From IMG/VR virus record IMGVR_UViG_3300027815_000245, positions 1 to 42,775 of that record: a stretch of 42,775 nt of DNA; one strand, 5' to 3'. The translations under genes were made by a program, and so were the position numbers. This document shows positions 42,194 through 42,775 of the stretch, in pieces; position 1 is the first letter of the stretch, and every line of letters starts with the position of its first letter. Origin of the DNA: a virus. Lineage: Duplodnaviria; Caudoviricetes. The notes beneath the pieces were generated by a model. That model saw nothing but the letters and a program-made list of their open reading frames with translations, was not told where the DNA came from and did no database searches.

Positions 42194-42775
42194 GTGGCTC
42201 TAATCACATGCACAGAAGAAATTGTGAAACGGATCAGGTCCGCGCTGTTAATTCTGACGATGGCTTCAGGGTGTGCGTATGGTCAGTCCATCCCCGGCTT
42301 CGCCATCAAACAATTTACGGTGGGAATGTCGGAATTGGATCTGAGAAAAGGTTTCTCCACAGAACTATCGTGTGACGGCGGGCCGACTTCTCCCAAGCAC
42401 TCCTGTAGGGCCTCACGAGCATTTGATGACAGATTCAAGACTGTCGCTGGAGCGCGCGTCAAGGTTTACTACTTCACACTCTATCAAGACTCGCTGGAAC
42501 TGATCCAGCTAGTGCTGCCGACAGTCGCATTCGCGGATGTTGTGGCCGGGCTCAAAGACAAGTACGGGGAGCCGACGTCGACGTTAAATTTAACGGTCCA
42601 ATCGAGGTGCGGTGCCGAGTTGTCCGACACGCATCATTACTGGAAGCGCGACGGCCAGGAGCTCATCGTTTGGCAGCGGTTCGGCCAGATAGACGACATG
42701 GCGATCACCGTTAAGACGGAAAGGGTCATTGCCGAAGAAACAGCGCAGGCGGCGGCGCGCAGGAAGGACATTTGA
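42194..42775 (+). CDS. Accessory exported protein co-oriented with the repressor
   Basis: KRIRSALLILTMASGCAYG signal/lipobox-like segment; LKDKYGEP motif; lower GC. Confidence 0.65.
   Translation: MALITCTEEIVKRIRSALLILTMASGCAYGQSIPGFAIKQFTVGMSELDLRKGFSTELSCDGGPTSPKHSCRASRAFDDRFKTVAGARVKVYYFTLYQDSLELIQLVLPTVAFADVVAGLKDKYGEPTSTLNLTVQSRCGAELSDTHHYWKRDGQELIVWQRFGQIDDMAITVKTERVIAEETAQAAARRKDI

Larger units (their letters stand above)
319..42775 (-). mobile_element. Mu-like transposable prophage with siphovirus-type tail; right end at about 319, left end beyond the window
   Basis: Canonical Mu gene order (repressor, ner, A, B, gam, gemA, mor, lysis, terminase, portal, F, head, tail, com); no integrase; terminal TG with tandem 22-bp-period sites. 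Confidence 0.93.

Overview
The window holds a host tRNA-Thr(TGT) gene (200-275) followed 43 bp later by the right end of an apparently intact Mu-like transposable prophage (from about 319 to beyond 42775), oriented right-to-left on the + strand. The high GC and tRNA sequence suggest a betaproteobacterial host (inference). Read in phage order, the genes are: an accessory secreted protein and a CI/S24 repressor; ner; a cII-like gene; DDE transposase A and AAA ATPase B; a small-gene early region (gam, gemA, HNH, several Zn-finger proteins); a Mor/C activator; lysis genes; terminase, portal and MuF; an accessory island; a fused protease-scaffold-capsid gene; a lambda-like non-contractile tail with a G/GT -1 frameshift; a com-controlled DNA-modification locus; and a TIR moron. 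The left end is not in the window. Most notable: (1) a full-length PglL-type O-oligosaccharyltransferase inside the head operon, plus a signal-peptide-bearing Ser/Thr-rich protein right after the capsid gene, suggesting phage-directed glycosylation of a receptor or the virion; (2) mom is replaced by an unannotated 55-aa ORF plus an ABC-ATPase-GNAT fusion, with an intact Com-binding/inhibitory-hairpin switch and a candidate antisense sRNA; (3) a duplicated terminal sequence next to the tRNA, hinting at repeated tRNA-targeted transposition; (4) a stand-alone membrane-anchored TIR protein. All calls come from motif recognition by eye; no searches were run.
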